This document shows, in pieces, positions 37,912 to 46,528 of a DNA stretch of 64,000 nt; position 1 is the stretch's first letter, and each line of letters begins with the position of its first letter. The DNA is taken from contig CBDEGZ010000003.1 in NCBI GenBank assembly GCA_965238175.1, positions 2,080,001 through 2,144,000 on the forward strand, in the 5' to 3' direction. The notes beneath the pieces were generated by a model that saw only the letters and a program-made list of their open reading frames with translations, did no database searches and was not told the DNA's origin. The stretch is from Gammaproteobacteria bacterium. GTDB lineage: Bacteria; Pseudomonadota; Gammaproteobacteria; CAJXQU01. A program made the position numbers and the translations under genes.

Positions 37912-37934
37912 GATGTTTTTCCTATTAATTTAAG

Positions 37935-38420
37935 TTAACGTTTATTTAATATTTGGTGAATTGTTAGCCTAATTATGAAGGCTAATGCTAGTACTAAGGC
38001 ACAAGCACCAAATAAACTTGATGCCTCAGATTCTGATAATTGGGGTGTGTTTAATGTATTGCCTGATTGAAGTTGTTCAAGAGAGTCCAAAGCTTCAGTT
38101 AATTGATTTTGTATATCTGTTTGATTAGTACTATAAAATTCTAAAAGAGATAAAAAAGATGACCGGTTTAAAGAAAGGTGAGTACAAAGAGAAAAACCTG
38201 CTAAAAAATCTGACTCATAATGAATAGCATCAACGAGTTGTTGAGGTGTATCTATAGATTGGCTAGTAAATGTTTGAGTTATAGATCCTGATATATCAAG
38301 TGTGCCAGAGCTGTTTGGTACTGTGCAAACACCATCAAGTTGAGGTGCTGAAAATGCTGATTTAGGAATAATAATCAGTATAAATAAAAATAGTGATAGG
38401 GAATGATATTTATAATTCAT
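37935..38420 (-). CDS. Exported, C-terminally anchored phage protein (enlarged minor coat?)
   Basis: Signal peptide, Cys pair and C-terminal TM helix; directly upstream of pVIII. Confidence 0.55.
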   Translation of the reverse strand: MNYKYHSLSLFLFILIIIPKSAFSAPQLDGVCTVPNSSGTLDISGSITQTFTSQSIDTPQQLVDAIHYESDFLAGFSLCTHLSLNRSSFLSLLEFYSTNQTDIQNQLTEALDSLEQLQSGNTLNTPQLSESEASSLFGACALVLALAFIIRLTIHQILNKR

Positions 38421-39441
38421 CTGGTTTTATCCTGCTTAAAATTTGTTGCTGTTGATGAGATTGAATTCTTTGACGTTGTGGCTCTTTTTGAAAGTCAAAC
38501 ATGCCATCTCTAATGAAGCCCTTACAGAAGTTTAATGTAACGTGTGCACGTGTTCCCTGTTGAGTTATACATTTGCAATCCTGGCCTGTGTCATAACAGG
38601 CTGTAATTCTTGGAACAGTTCTAACTTTTAAATGGTCTGAGTAAATGGGAGCAGACCAAGGAAGATTAACTTCAGCTATATAATTTTCTGGTTGTGTAAA
38701 ATATTGCTGTTCTATCTTAATTTTTTTAGGTATTTGATAGTTTGGTTCAAAAGGATTCTCATCAGTTTGTAGCTGATTATTCGCTGTAGTACGACCGGCA
38801 AAGTCATCAGCGTCTTTAGTAAATAAGTCATAAATTGTTGATACTCCAAATGTGATTACTCCAATGATGACTACACCAGCTACCGCAGCTTTCACAAGTC
38901 CTTTCGGTATTCTTTTTTTTACTGTGTGTTGGTCTGATGAGTGATATAGCTCGTAGACTTCTTTTGGAAATTTGAATGTGCTTTTTTCTACACCAGGAGC
39001 GTGGAAGCTTCTTGTATCTGAAACGTCGAGTACTTTTTCACTTCTGTATAACGTACTGAATTCACCTTTTGTCGGTGAGCGTTCTAAGTGGAAATGTGTT
39101 TCTACTAGCCTTCTTACCCATACGTCTAATAGTGCTGGATGTTGTGTTACAAAAATAAAATCTAAGCCTTTATGCCGGTGTGTACTGAATGCTGTTATCC
39201 ATTCTTTTGCATCGCCCTTTTGTCTGGTTTTTGCGTAATCCTGCATTTCATCAACTACTACTAATGCACCTTGTGGGTAATTCTGCCAGTTTTCTAAGTC
39301 GTCACGTTCTTCTGTATTGATTTTCAATCCGTTGAAGTTAATAGAGATAACATGCCTGCCCTTCTCTATTTGTTGAAGCATATATTCAACTGTATAAAGT
39401 GATTTGCCGTGACCTGGACGACCTGTGATTAATGTGATCAT
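38410..39441 (-). CDS. pI / Zot-like assembly ATPase
   Basis: MITLITGRPGHGKS, VVVDEMQ, HRHKGLD, TQHP, single TM helix. Confidence 0.95.
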   Translation of the reverse strand: MITLITGRPGHGKSLYTVEYMLQQIEKGRHVISINFNGLKINTEERDDLENWQNYPQGALVVVDEMQDYAKTRQKGDAKEWITAFSTHRHKGLDFIFVTQHPALLDVWVRRLVETHFHLERSPTKGEFSTLYRSEKVLDVSDTRSFHAPGVEKSTFKFPKEVYELYHSSDQHTVKKRIPKGLVKAAVAGVVIIGVITFGVSTIYDLFTKDADDFAGRTTANNQLQTDENPFEPNYQIPKKIKIEQQYFTQPENYIAEVNLPWSAPIYSDHLKVRTVPRITACYDTGQDCKCITQQGTRAHVTLNFCKGFIRDGMFDFQKEPQRQRIQSHQQQQILSRIKPDEL

Positions 39442-39794
39442 TAACTAGTTCCTAATGAGAGTTTTTTAATGGCGCCTGATGCGATTGCCAGTGTTGATAC
39501 CGATGTATAGGTAGTGATTATCAGTGTGATAGCATCTTGCAATCTGAGTATGTGCATGATTTGCAGGGCTTCACTAAAGCCAACTACTGAACCAAATGTA
39601 AGATAGCTATTAAGCTGTGATGTGACTGTATTGATAAATAAATCAAGCCCTTCATAGACAACATATCCAACACCAAATACTGCTATTAGTTTAAAAAGTA
39701 TGCCTATCGCTGCTATCTTAAATATTGAGAGAATTCCGGCTCCTGTAAAGAAACTGTACAGCGCAGGTGCTGCTGCTATTGCTGGTAATGGCAT
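39441..39794 (-). CDS. pVI-like minor coat protein (DUF2523-like)
   Basis: 117-aa hydrophobic protein between pIII and pI. Confidence 0.8.
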   Translation of the reverse strand: MPLPAIAAAPALYSFFTGAGILSIFKIAAIGILFKLIAVFGVGYVVYEGLDLFINTVTSQLNSYLTFGSVVGFSEALQIMHILRLQDAITLIITTYTSVSTLAIASGAIKKLSLGTS

Positions 39795-41371
39795 TAGACT
39801 ATTACTCCTCTATATACGATTGAAAATGAGAATAACCAGGCACTAATCATGATGAAATTTGATATCAACGCAGCTAAATTGCAGAAGAGTTCAAAACTGA
39901 CTGTGAACTGATTGCCTAGTACGGTGGTTGATAATGGTGCTGGACAGTTTCCAGCGGTATTCTGTTCGGCTATTTCCCCGAGACTAACGGTGGTTGAGTT
40001 GTTATCTAATTGGGTACTTAGGTCTTCAAACTCAGTTGGAACGTCATTACCGAATACACTTTGTACTTCTGCTGTGGTTGGTGCGTGGTTTGGTTTTTCT
40101 TCTACCTGGTTATTACAACGGGTTTCCCATTGTTGATATATTTGATGACAGGTCAATACATCGCCGGAACAGGTTGGAGCTGTGGTACATGAGGTGCCAC
40201 CACTGATGGTGCCCTGCTCTTCTTCTCCTTCTCCAATGGCTGCTACTACTTCGTCTAGTTTGCCTGACAATGTTCCTGTTTGTGAATCTATGGCCCCTAC
40301 TACGTTTGCTGAGTTGGTATTAATTTGGTCTGTTTGTGCATCTAAGGATGACTGAAGATCATTAAGCCTGTTTTTATTTCTTTGGCTTTCAAAGAAGGTG
40401 TCATAGGTAACATTTGTATTTTCAACTAGATTGTTCTCTATTGTTTGGTTGCCGGTTTCTACCGTAGCCTGCAGGGTATCTGTTTTGTTGTTTATTGTTT
40501 GGTTGCCGGTTTCTACTGTTGTTTGTAGTGTTGCTATGTTTTGGTCTACTGTGTCGACTGAGGTTTGAACGGAATCGATTTTTGTTGACGTAGTTTGGTT
40601 ACCATTTTCTATTGTTGTTTGTGCAGTATCGATTTTATTTGATAGTTCTTGGTTACCGGTTTCTACTGTATTAGCTAAATCATTTAATTCTTGTGAGACA
40701 ATACCGCCACTTGGTGGGTTTTCTGGGTCTATTTCTTGGTCTGGGTCAAGTGCTGGAAGTGGATCACCAATTGCTGTAACAAGTGGTAAGCCTGATGGAC
40801 AGTCATCTCCTGTGTAATAGCGGTTTGCCCAGAATAATTTAGGTTCGTTTGCTGACCAAAAATAGCTTCCGTGTGGTGATGCTTTACATGACAGTCCTTC
40901 TTCCGGTGCAACGCAAACTGATTCAGTTGATTCAAAACTAGTTGTAGCCCATTCATATTCATGGTCTGAGCAGTAGTCAGGAGTAATACATTGTCCTGTT
41001 TGATAGTTGATTGTTGAGCCTTCTGGACATGTATGGGTAAGTATTATTTGAGCGTATGTTCCCGAATCGCTATACGGTGGAATATTGTATATTCTGTCAT
41101 ATGAGCACGTTAGTGTATTGCCGGTGATACTTTGACCTGTTGAAGACCAGTAAAATCCATATACTGATTCATTGCTTGGGTCATAGTTATCGAAAACTGT
41201 TGTGTGATATGAACAGAATTGCGAAAGACCTGATGAGTCTAAATATACTGTTGCTGAACCATATGTGCCGTTGATTCTAGTCGTATGATATATAGAATAG
41301 TAATCCTCTGCATATGTGTATGTGCTGTTGATTACTAATATAGCGAATAGTATTTTTTTGAAAGTTTTCAT
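39794..41371 (-). CDS. pIII-like adsorption protein
   Basis: Signal peptide from ATG 41371; Cys-rich domains; ETGNQ repeats; C-terminal CPAP...C-TM anchor. Confidence 0.88.
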   Translation of the reverse strand: MKTFKKILFAILVINSTYTYAEDYYSIYHTTRINGTYGSATVYLDSSGLSQFCSYHTTVFDNYDPSNESVYGFYWSSTGQSITGNTLTCSYDRIYNIPPYSDSGTYAQIILTHTCPEGSTINYQTGQCITPDYCSDHEYEWATTSFESTESVCVAPEEGLSCKASPHGSYFWSANEPKLFWANRYYTGDDCPSGLPLVTAIGDPLPALDPDQEIDPENPPSGGIVSQELNDLANTVETGNQELSNKIDTAQTTIENGNQTTSTKIDSVQTSVDTVDQNIATLQTTVETGNQTINNKTDTLQATVETGNQTIENNLVENTNVTYDTFFESQRNKNRLNDLQSSLDAQTDQINTNSANVVGAIDSQTGTLSGKLDEVVAAIGEGEEEQGTISGGTSCTTAPTCSGDVLTCHQIYQQWETRCNNQVEEKPNHAPTTAEVQSVFGNDVPTEFEDLSTQLDNNSTTVSLGEIAEQNTAGNCPAPLSTTVLGNQFTVSFELFCNLAALISNFIMISAWLFSFSIVYRGVIV

Positions 41372-42186
41372 GCCCATACTACCTCGCCATCTGGTAGTAA
41401 AAATCGTTTTTTTCTTGCCCATGTTGATAGCCAGAAGAAGCCATCCCGGTATTCATAATTGTTATTAAATTCGACACCGAGTAATGATTCTATTGAACGC
41501 TGAGTGTAGAAATCGCTTAATGATATATGGACATATTTGACTAATTTATTGACATTGATATTGAGTGATGTTCGATATCTTCTTCTTGATATTTCTACAC
41601 AGTCCATTGCTTTGGTAACGTATTTTGCTAAGTAAGATGCTAGGTTAATTGGTGCCCAGAGCTTTTTATTTCTGGGTGTTGTGATATCAACATTTCCGCC
41701 GGTTTTACCGTCTTCCCTTCTTGTGATGTGGTACCACTCTTCTCGAACTATTTGAATCATGATGAAGCCTTTAAGTGCAATGTGTAGGTGATATCCACCG
41801 TGTTTATGTCGTTCTGGAACAGCTACGTAGTCAAACTTAATATTTCGTTTTTTTAGATTTCTGAGCAGTAGTTTGAAATCTCTCCATAGCTTGTTGAAAT
41901 CTGTCATGCAGCCGCGGTATGTGATGGTGAGCATTCGGTCTGCTTGGATGGTTGCTATTTTTTGTCTAACGACTTTTTTTGCTCTACACGATGCCGCTAT
42001 TTTGGAATTCTCTGACATTTCATCTTTGTTTTCGGCTTCACGTTGTTTGCCACCTTTGTTTCTACCGAACTCCATCGATGCCCAAGTTGTGGCCTCAGCG
42101 TTACCGTCAGGGTAAGTAACGCAAGTGATACCTTTGGTATTGGGCGACTGATGGTCATTTAATAAGTTCGCTGATGAAGAATCCAT
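41368..42186 (-). CDS. HUH rolling-circle replication initiator
   Basis: MLTITY (motif I), YHLHIA (motif II), YLAKYVTK (motif III, two Tyr). Confidence 0.9.
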   Translation of the reverse strand: MDSSSANLLNDHQSPNTKGITCVTYPDGNAEATTWASMEFGRNKGGKQREAENKDEMSENSKIAASCRAKKVVRQKIATIQADRMLTITYRGCMTDFNKLWRDFKLLLRNLKKRNIKFDYVAVPERHKHGGYHLHIALKGFIMIQIVREEWYHITRREDGKTGGNVDITTPRNKKLWAPINLASYLAKYVTKAMDCVEISRRRYRTSLNINVNKLVKYVHISLSDFYTQRSIESLLGVEFNNNYEYRDGFFWLSTWARKKRFLLPDGEVVWA

Positions 42187-42297
42187 AATAAAACCCGTTT
42201 CGTTACTTTAACTGATTGATTTTTAAGGGGAGGTTCAGATACGTTAGTGTTACAAGTCTAGTAAAAGCAGCTGCGCTGCTTTTTCTTTAAACCTTCT

Positions 42298-42555
42298 CTA
42301 CCCTACCCTGCTATATTCGTAACTGTGTTGCTCTGTGGGCTGTGTATTGATGACCCACTTTGCTAATAATGTTTCTGCGATTACGATGCAGCTCTCGTAA
42401 TCTGAGGCGCATCCAGCTAGCCGCATTGTTGCTGTTTCATTGTCGTAATATCTTGTTGATATCACTTCATATCCGCAGTCAAATGGTTTGATGGTAAATT
42501 TGACTGCTGTCCCATCTGGTAATGCAATTGGGTGTGTGAAGAGTTCGTTATTCAT
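42298..42555 (-). CDS. Inovirus hypothetical protein
   Basis: Coupled ORF (ATGA overlap). Confidence 0.55.
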   Translation of the reverse strand: MNNELFTHPIALPDGTAVKFTIKPFDCGYEVISTRYYDNETATMRLAGCASDYESCIVIAETLLAKWVINTQPTEQHSYEYSRVG

Positions 42556-42806
42556 GATTTAAGTCCTTCGTTAATTGGTGTGTGAAGTACTTCTTGTCTG
42601 AGTTCTTTTTTATGGTGATTAATTATTTGCTGTCTGATCGGTTGTGTCTGTGGTGCTGTGAAGAAGACTGATTTTGATATTTTGTTTTTTTGGTCTTGAT
42701 ACTCCAGATAGCAAACTGATTTAAAGGATAAAACAGTCTCCATGACCTTAAGGATGATTTGGCCATTGTGATATGGGATGTTGGAGACTGTTTTAAAAAG
42801 CGCCAT
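42552..42806 (-). CDS. Inovirus hypothetical protein
   Basis: ORF between the SSB-like gene and rep. Confidence 0.55.
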   Translation of the reverse strand: MALFKTVSNIPYHNGQIILKVMETVLSFKSVCYLEYQDQKNKISKSVFFTAPQTQPIRQQIINHHKKELRQEVLHTPINEGLKS

Positions 42807-42812
42807 GTCTTT

Positions 42813-43103
42813 TTAACTTAATGGCGCTGGTTCTTTAAATTGTGATTGTTCTGTCATTATCAGAGTTCTCGACGCCTCGAGTGAACCGTATGAGTTTACT
42901 CGTGGTTCGTATGACAATAGGTAGTAGCCCGGTTTTGGTACTTGTTGATTTTCTGGTATTGAGAATCGTGTTAGTTCAGTTCCCGTGTGTTGGTTGTCCT
43001 GGTTATATTTAAAACCCAGTGTGTTGATTTCTTTTACCGTGAATGTGTCGTTTATTTTTCGTGGTGCGACGGTGGTTTTGTCTGAGATTTTGACTATTAG
43101 CAT
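42813..43103 (-). CDS. pV-like ssDNA-binding protein
   Basis: About 96 aa from ATG 43103; PKPGYYLL...RVNSYGSLE resembles inovirus G5P C-termini. Confidence 0.65.
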   Translation of the reverse strand: MLIVKISDKTTVAPRKINDTFTVKEINTLGFKYNQDNQHTGTELTRFSIPENQQVPKPGYYLLSYEPRVNSYGSLEASRTLIMTEQSQFKEPAPLS

Positions 43104-43214
43104 TTGTTTGCCCTCGTTAGTTGTTTGGGTGGTCAGGCCAGGTTTCAGATAACGAAGGCGCTCTCTTTCTCCCTTTCTGACCATTGGTCGGCCCTTTTGG
43201 ATTTGGGGTCGATG

Positions 43215-43275
43215 TGGGAAGGATAGTCCCGAACATAGACTATGTCAACATTTAGGGACGTAGTAAATTGGGACG
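43215..43275. promoter_or_regulatory. Divergent promoter/operator region of the inovirus
   Basis: Repeated GGGAC/GTCCC half-sites and the palindrome ACATAG-A-CTATGT between divergent ssb and repressor genes. Confidence 0.45.
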
Positions 43276-43312
43276 TTTAATAATAAAGTATTTAAAAAGA
43301 GGAATTATTGAT

Positions 43313-43711
43313 ATGGGTACGTTGGATATTGTTAGTAGAATTAAAAATAAAATAGGTAAAGATTCAGACTATGCTGTAGCTAAAGCTTTAGGTGTAAATA
43401 GACAAAACATATCTAATTACAGAATAAGAAATACAGTAATGTCGCCTGATGATGCTTTAAAAGCTGCTGAAATTTTAGAGGTTAATCCAGAAGATATTGC
43501 ACTTGAATTATTTGCAGAGAAATCTAAAAAAGAAGAAACAAAAGAATTTTGGAAAAAGCGTTTAAAGGAAGCTGCTATCCCTATGATTTTAATGGGATTT
43601 TTATCTTATCCTCCTTCAGTATCAGAAAATAAAAATTTAACCCATGTTATACATTATGCGAACATATTAATATTGAAAAGTAGAGAATTACTTAGGCTTG
43701 TGCTGACTTAA
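43313..43711 (+). CDS. Inovirus HTH repressor (DUF3693/RstR-like) spanning the att core
   Basis: SDYAVAKALGVNRQNISNYR HTH; EFWKK; reads through 43648-43663 as IHYAN. Confidence 0.85.
   Translation: MGTLDIVSRIKNKIGKDSDYAVAKALGVNRQNISNYRIRNTVMSPDDALKAAEILEVNPEDIALELFAEKSKKEETKEFWKKRLKEAAIPMILMGFLSYPPSVSENKNLTHVIHYANILILKSRELLRLVLT
43637..43664 (-). other. dif-like right junction with degenerate XerD arm
   Basis: TTAACCCATGT-TATACA-TTATGCGAACA; XerC arm and spacer intact. Confidence 0.88.
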
Positions 43712-44489
43712 ACAGATTGAAAAAGTTCGTCGTTGAAGCCTGTATCACATCTTCAACCGCAATTCCTCTGAGATTGGCCACAAATTCTGCGACATGTCTT
43801 ACATAAGCTGGTTGATTAGATTTTCCTCTATGTGGTGCCGGTGCTAGATAAGGAGAATCTGTTTCGACTAATAAACGATCTAAAGGGATTCGTTTAGCAA
43901 CATCTTGAACTTGTTGTGCATTTTTGAATGTCACAATACCTGAGAATGAAATATAGAAGTTTAGATCCAACGCTTTTTTTGCAATATCATAATCATCAAC
44001 AAAACAGTGCATTACACCTGTAGCTTTATCTGCTTTATGTTCTTTCATGATCGCGATGGTATCATTGCCAGCTTCTCTGGTGTGAATAACCAGTGGTTTA
44101 TCGACAATATTTGCGGCTTCTATGTGAGTGATAAAGCGGTTGTGTTGCCATGTAAGATCACCTTCGCTGCGAAAATAATCCAGCCCTGTTTCACCTATAG
44201 CCACCACATTTGGATCATTTTTAGATAAATCCACCAGTATTTCGACTGACGGTTCTGTTTTAACGTCGGTATTCGGGTGTACACCAACAGAAGCAAAAAT
44301 ATGTGCGTGTTCGGATGATATTTGTTTGATTTCTGGATATGAGTCAAGATCAACTGAAATACAAAGCATATGCCCTATTCCAGCTTCTTTTGCATTTGCC
44401 AATATTTGTTCAAGACCTCCATCGTATTTGATCAAGGGTAGATGACAGTGGGAATCGACGAGTTTTAACTCAGGTTGTATCTCAGGCAT
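43692..44489 (-). CDS. tatD: TatD family DNase (YcfH)
   Basis: VDSHCHL, GVHP, GETGLDY, HTRE, ETDSPYLAP. Confidence 0.95.
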   Translation of the reverse strand: MPEIQPELKLVDSHCHLPLIKYDGGLEQILANAKEAGIGHMLCISVDLDSYPEIKQISSEHAHIFASVGVHPNTDVKTEPSVEILVDLSKNDPNVVAIGETGLDYFRSEGDLTWQHNRFITHIEAANIVDKPLVIHTREAGNDTIAIMKEHKADKATGVMHCFVDDYDIAKKALDLNFYISFSGIVTFKNAQQVQDVAKRIPLDRLLVETDSPYLAPAPHRGKSNQPAYVRHVAEFVANLRGIAVEDVIQASTTNFFNLFKSAQA

Positions 44490-44519
44490 TATAAGGAACC
44501 CCAGAGGTTCCTGTAGAAC

Positions 44520-44876
44520 CTACATTGTATGTGTTTGTCGCTCAGATCCTACCGCACCTGATAACTCTGTTTCAATTTTATTTTGCGTGGCACCTTTATC
44601 AAGATCACTAAAACGCACACCTATTCCTGGTACTTTAGTGCCTTGAGCGCCTTTTGGCGTTATCCAAACAACAGTTCCAGCAACGGGAAGTTTATCTTTG
44701 CTTTCCATTATAGTCAGAAGCATAAAAACTTCGTCACCTAATTTGTAGATTTTTGACGTAGGAATAAACAAGCCACCATTTTTAATATAAGGCATATAGG
44801 ATGCGTACAATGAGCTCTTATCACGTATTGAAAGTGATAGGATGCCTTGGCCTCCTGCATCTGGTAATTTTGTCAT
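44520..44876 (-). CDS. pilZ: PilZ type IV pilus protein
   Basis: LYASYMPYIKNGGLFIPT...THTM; holB-pilZ-tatD synteny. Confidence 0.95.
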   Translation of the reverse strand: MTKLPDAGGQGILSLSIRDKSSLYASYMPYIKNGGLFIPTSKIYKLGDEVFMLLTIMESKDKLPVAGTVVWITPKGAQGTKVPGIGVRFSDLDKGATQNKIETELSGAVGSERQTHTM

Positions 44877-44881
44877 TTAAT

Positions 44882-45895
44882 TTATCTCAATTTGTCCCAT
44901 TCTAGGGTAAGGCTTTCCATTATTGTTACATCTTTCAAACTTGAGTTGTTTGAAAGCAGCTTTTGGTATTCAAGTAATTTATCGTAAAACAAGAATATTC
45001 CTTGAATATCAATATTTTCAACCAACTTTATTATCCTCTGCAATATGTCTTTACTAATCAAATTCAACGACTTATTTTCACTACTATTTACATTATCATC
45101 TAATCTTATTTTGATCATATCCTGGCTGATTTTGATCAGCCAAAACAAAGTGTCTCCAGGCGTATATTTTGACCATTTTTCTGCTGCTTCAATAGGATCA
45201 AATTGACCGTTGGCGATATTTTCCAAATCTAAGAGTAAGCTTAATCTATCAATAACTACTGTTTCATCATGTTCGACTTCATCTAAAAATAGTGGTCCAC
45301 AGCCTGATACAAGGACGGTGTCAATCAAATTATCATCAACTTTACCAACCAACCACTCTTTCACATGCATAGATGATGCCGATATTTTGATTTTCTGACA
45401 TCGGCTTCTAATCGTTATCGGTAATGTTGAAGGTTGGTGACTTACTAACAGGATTAAAGTATCGCCAGGCGGTTCTTCTAATGTCTTTAACAGGCCATTC
45501 GCGGCGCTAGTATTCATCGCTTCTGCAGGGTGAACAATAATGATTTTTCGCTTGCCTGTATGACTCTGTAGTTGAGTGAATTTAACCAGATTACGGATTT
45601 GATCAATCTTGATTGCCTTTCCCTCTTCTTCAGGGCAAACAATCAATAAATCAGGATGAGTTTCTGCTTTGATAAGCATGCATCCCTTACATTCAGAACA
45701 ACTCTGGCCAGAGTTGTTAGGGTTTTCACATAAGACAGATGTTGCAAATGAAGTTGAGAATTTTATGAGTCCAGTGCCTTTCAAACCTGTGATCAATAAT
45801 GCATGTGGCAACCTGTCATTACAGAGCATTGTTTGGAGTTGTGTCCATTCAGTTTCTTGCCAAGGATAGACCCAAGGATGTACGGATAATGACAT
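44882..45895 (-). CDS. holB: DNA polymerase III delta' subunit
   Basis: HALL, Zn-binding Cys, HPD, AANGLLKTLEEP, TIRSRC. Confidence 0.95.
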   Translation of the reverse strand: MSLSVHPWVYPWQETEWTQLQTMLCNDRLPHALLITGLKGTGLIKFSTSFATSVLCENPNNSGQSCSECKGCMLIKAETHPDLLIVCPEEEGKAIKIDQIRNLVKFTQLQSHTGKRKIIIVHPAEAMNTSAANGLLKTLEEPPGDTLILLVSHQPSTLPITIRSRCQKIKISASSMHVKEWLVGKVDDNLIDTVLVSGCGPLFLDEVEHDETVVIDRLSLLLDLENIANGQFDPIEAAEKWSKYTPGDTLFWLIKISQDMIKIRLDDNVNSSENKSLNLISKDILQRIIKLVENIDIQGIFLFYDKLLEYQKLLSNNSSLKDVTIMESLTLEWDKLR

Positions 45896-45907
45896 AGGTT
45901 TACTTTT

Positions 45908-46528
45908 TCAGCCAAGCTCTTGTTTCAAAATAGATAAGACCTGTTGTTTTACGACGTCTAGTGGTTGTGCTGCATCGATAACCTTAACTCTTTGCGGATC
46001 ATTTTTAGCGATCTGCAAATAACAACGTCTAACTGCGTTAAAAAACTCAATAGCTTCAGATTCAAACCGGTCTTTTTCACTTCGCTTAGCGGCACGCTCC
46101 AGACCCATTTCAACTGGCGCGTCGAGTAATAATGTAAGATCAGGTTTAAGAGACTGCTGTACCCAGTTTTTTAAGAATGTGATCCGTTCTTCCGATATAT
46201 TTCGTCCTAGTCCCTGGTAGGCATAACTTGCATCAGTAAACCGATCACAAAGCACGACTTTTCCGGAATCAAGAGCGGGTTGAATTACTTTATTTATATG
46301 TTCGGCTCTAGCCGCAAACATTAGTAGTAATTCAGTATCTGCAGCCATACCGATATGTTTGTTATCTAATACCAGCTCACGTATAGCTTCACCAATAGGG
46401 GTACCGCCAGGCTCACGCGTTATAACAAGTTCTCTGCCCTGGTTTCGCAGATATTCGGCAATAAACTCAAGCTGTGTTGTTTTACCAACGCCTTCGACAC
46501 CTTCTAATGTGACAAACAGGCCTGACAT
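45908..46528 (-). CDS. tmk: Thymidylate kinase
   Basis: EGVEGVGKTT, TREPGGT, CDRFTDASYAYQG. Confidence 0.97.
   Translation of the reverse strand: MSGLFVTLEGVEGVGKTTQLEFIAEYLRNQGRELVITREPGGTPIGEAIRELVLDNKHIGMAADTELLLMFAARAEHINKVIQPALDSGKVVLCDRFTDASYAYQGLGRNISEERITFLKNWVQQSLKPDLTLLLDAPVEMGLERAAKRSEKDRFESEAIEFFNAVRRCYLQIAKNDPQRVKVIDAAQPLDVVKQQVLSILKQELG

Larger units (their letters stand above)
36004..43664. mobile_element. Filamentous prophage (Inovirus-like) integrated at dif
   Basis: 16-bp direct repeat TATACATTATGCGAAC at 36015 and 43648; Zot-like ATPase, coat, pIII, pVI, HUH Rep and repressor; no integrase gene. Confidence 0.95.

Noticed and set aside
37703-37933. + strand 76-aa ORF and the many other short overlapping ORFs in the track
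   Set aside because: They are antisense or out-of-frame shadows of well-supported genes (here the major coat gene).
38410-39441. Zot as an enterotoxin
   Set aside because: It sits in a complete filamentous-phage morphogenesis module as the pI ATPase; nothing indicates toxin function.
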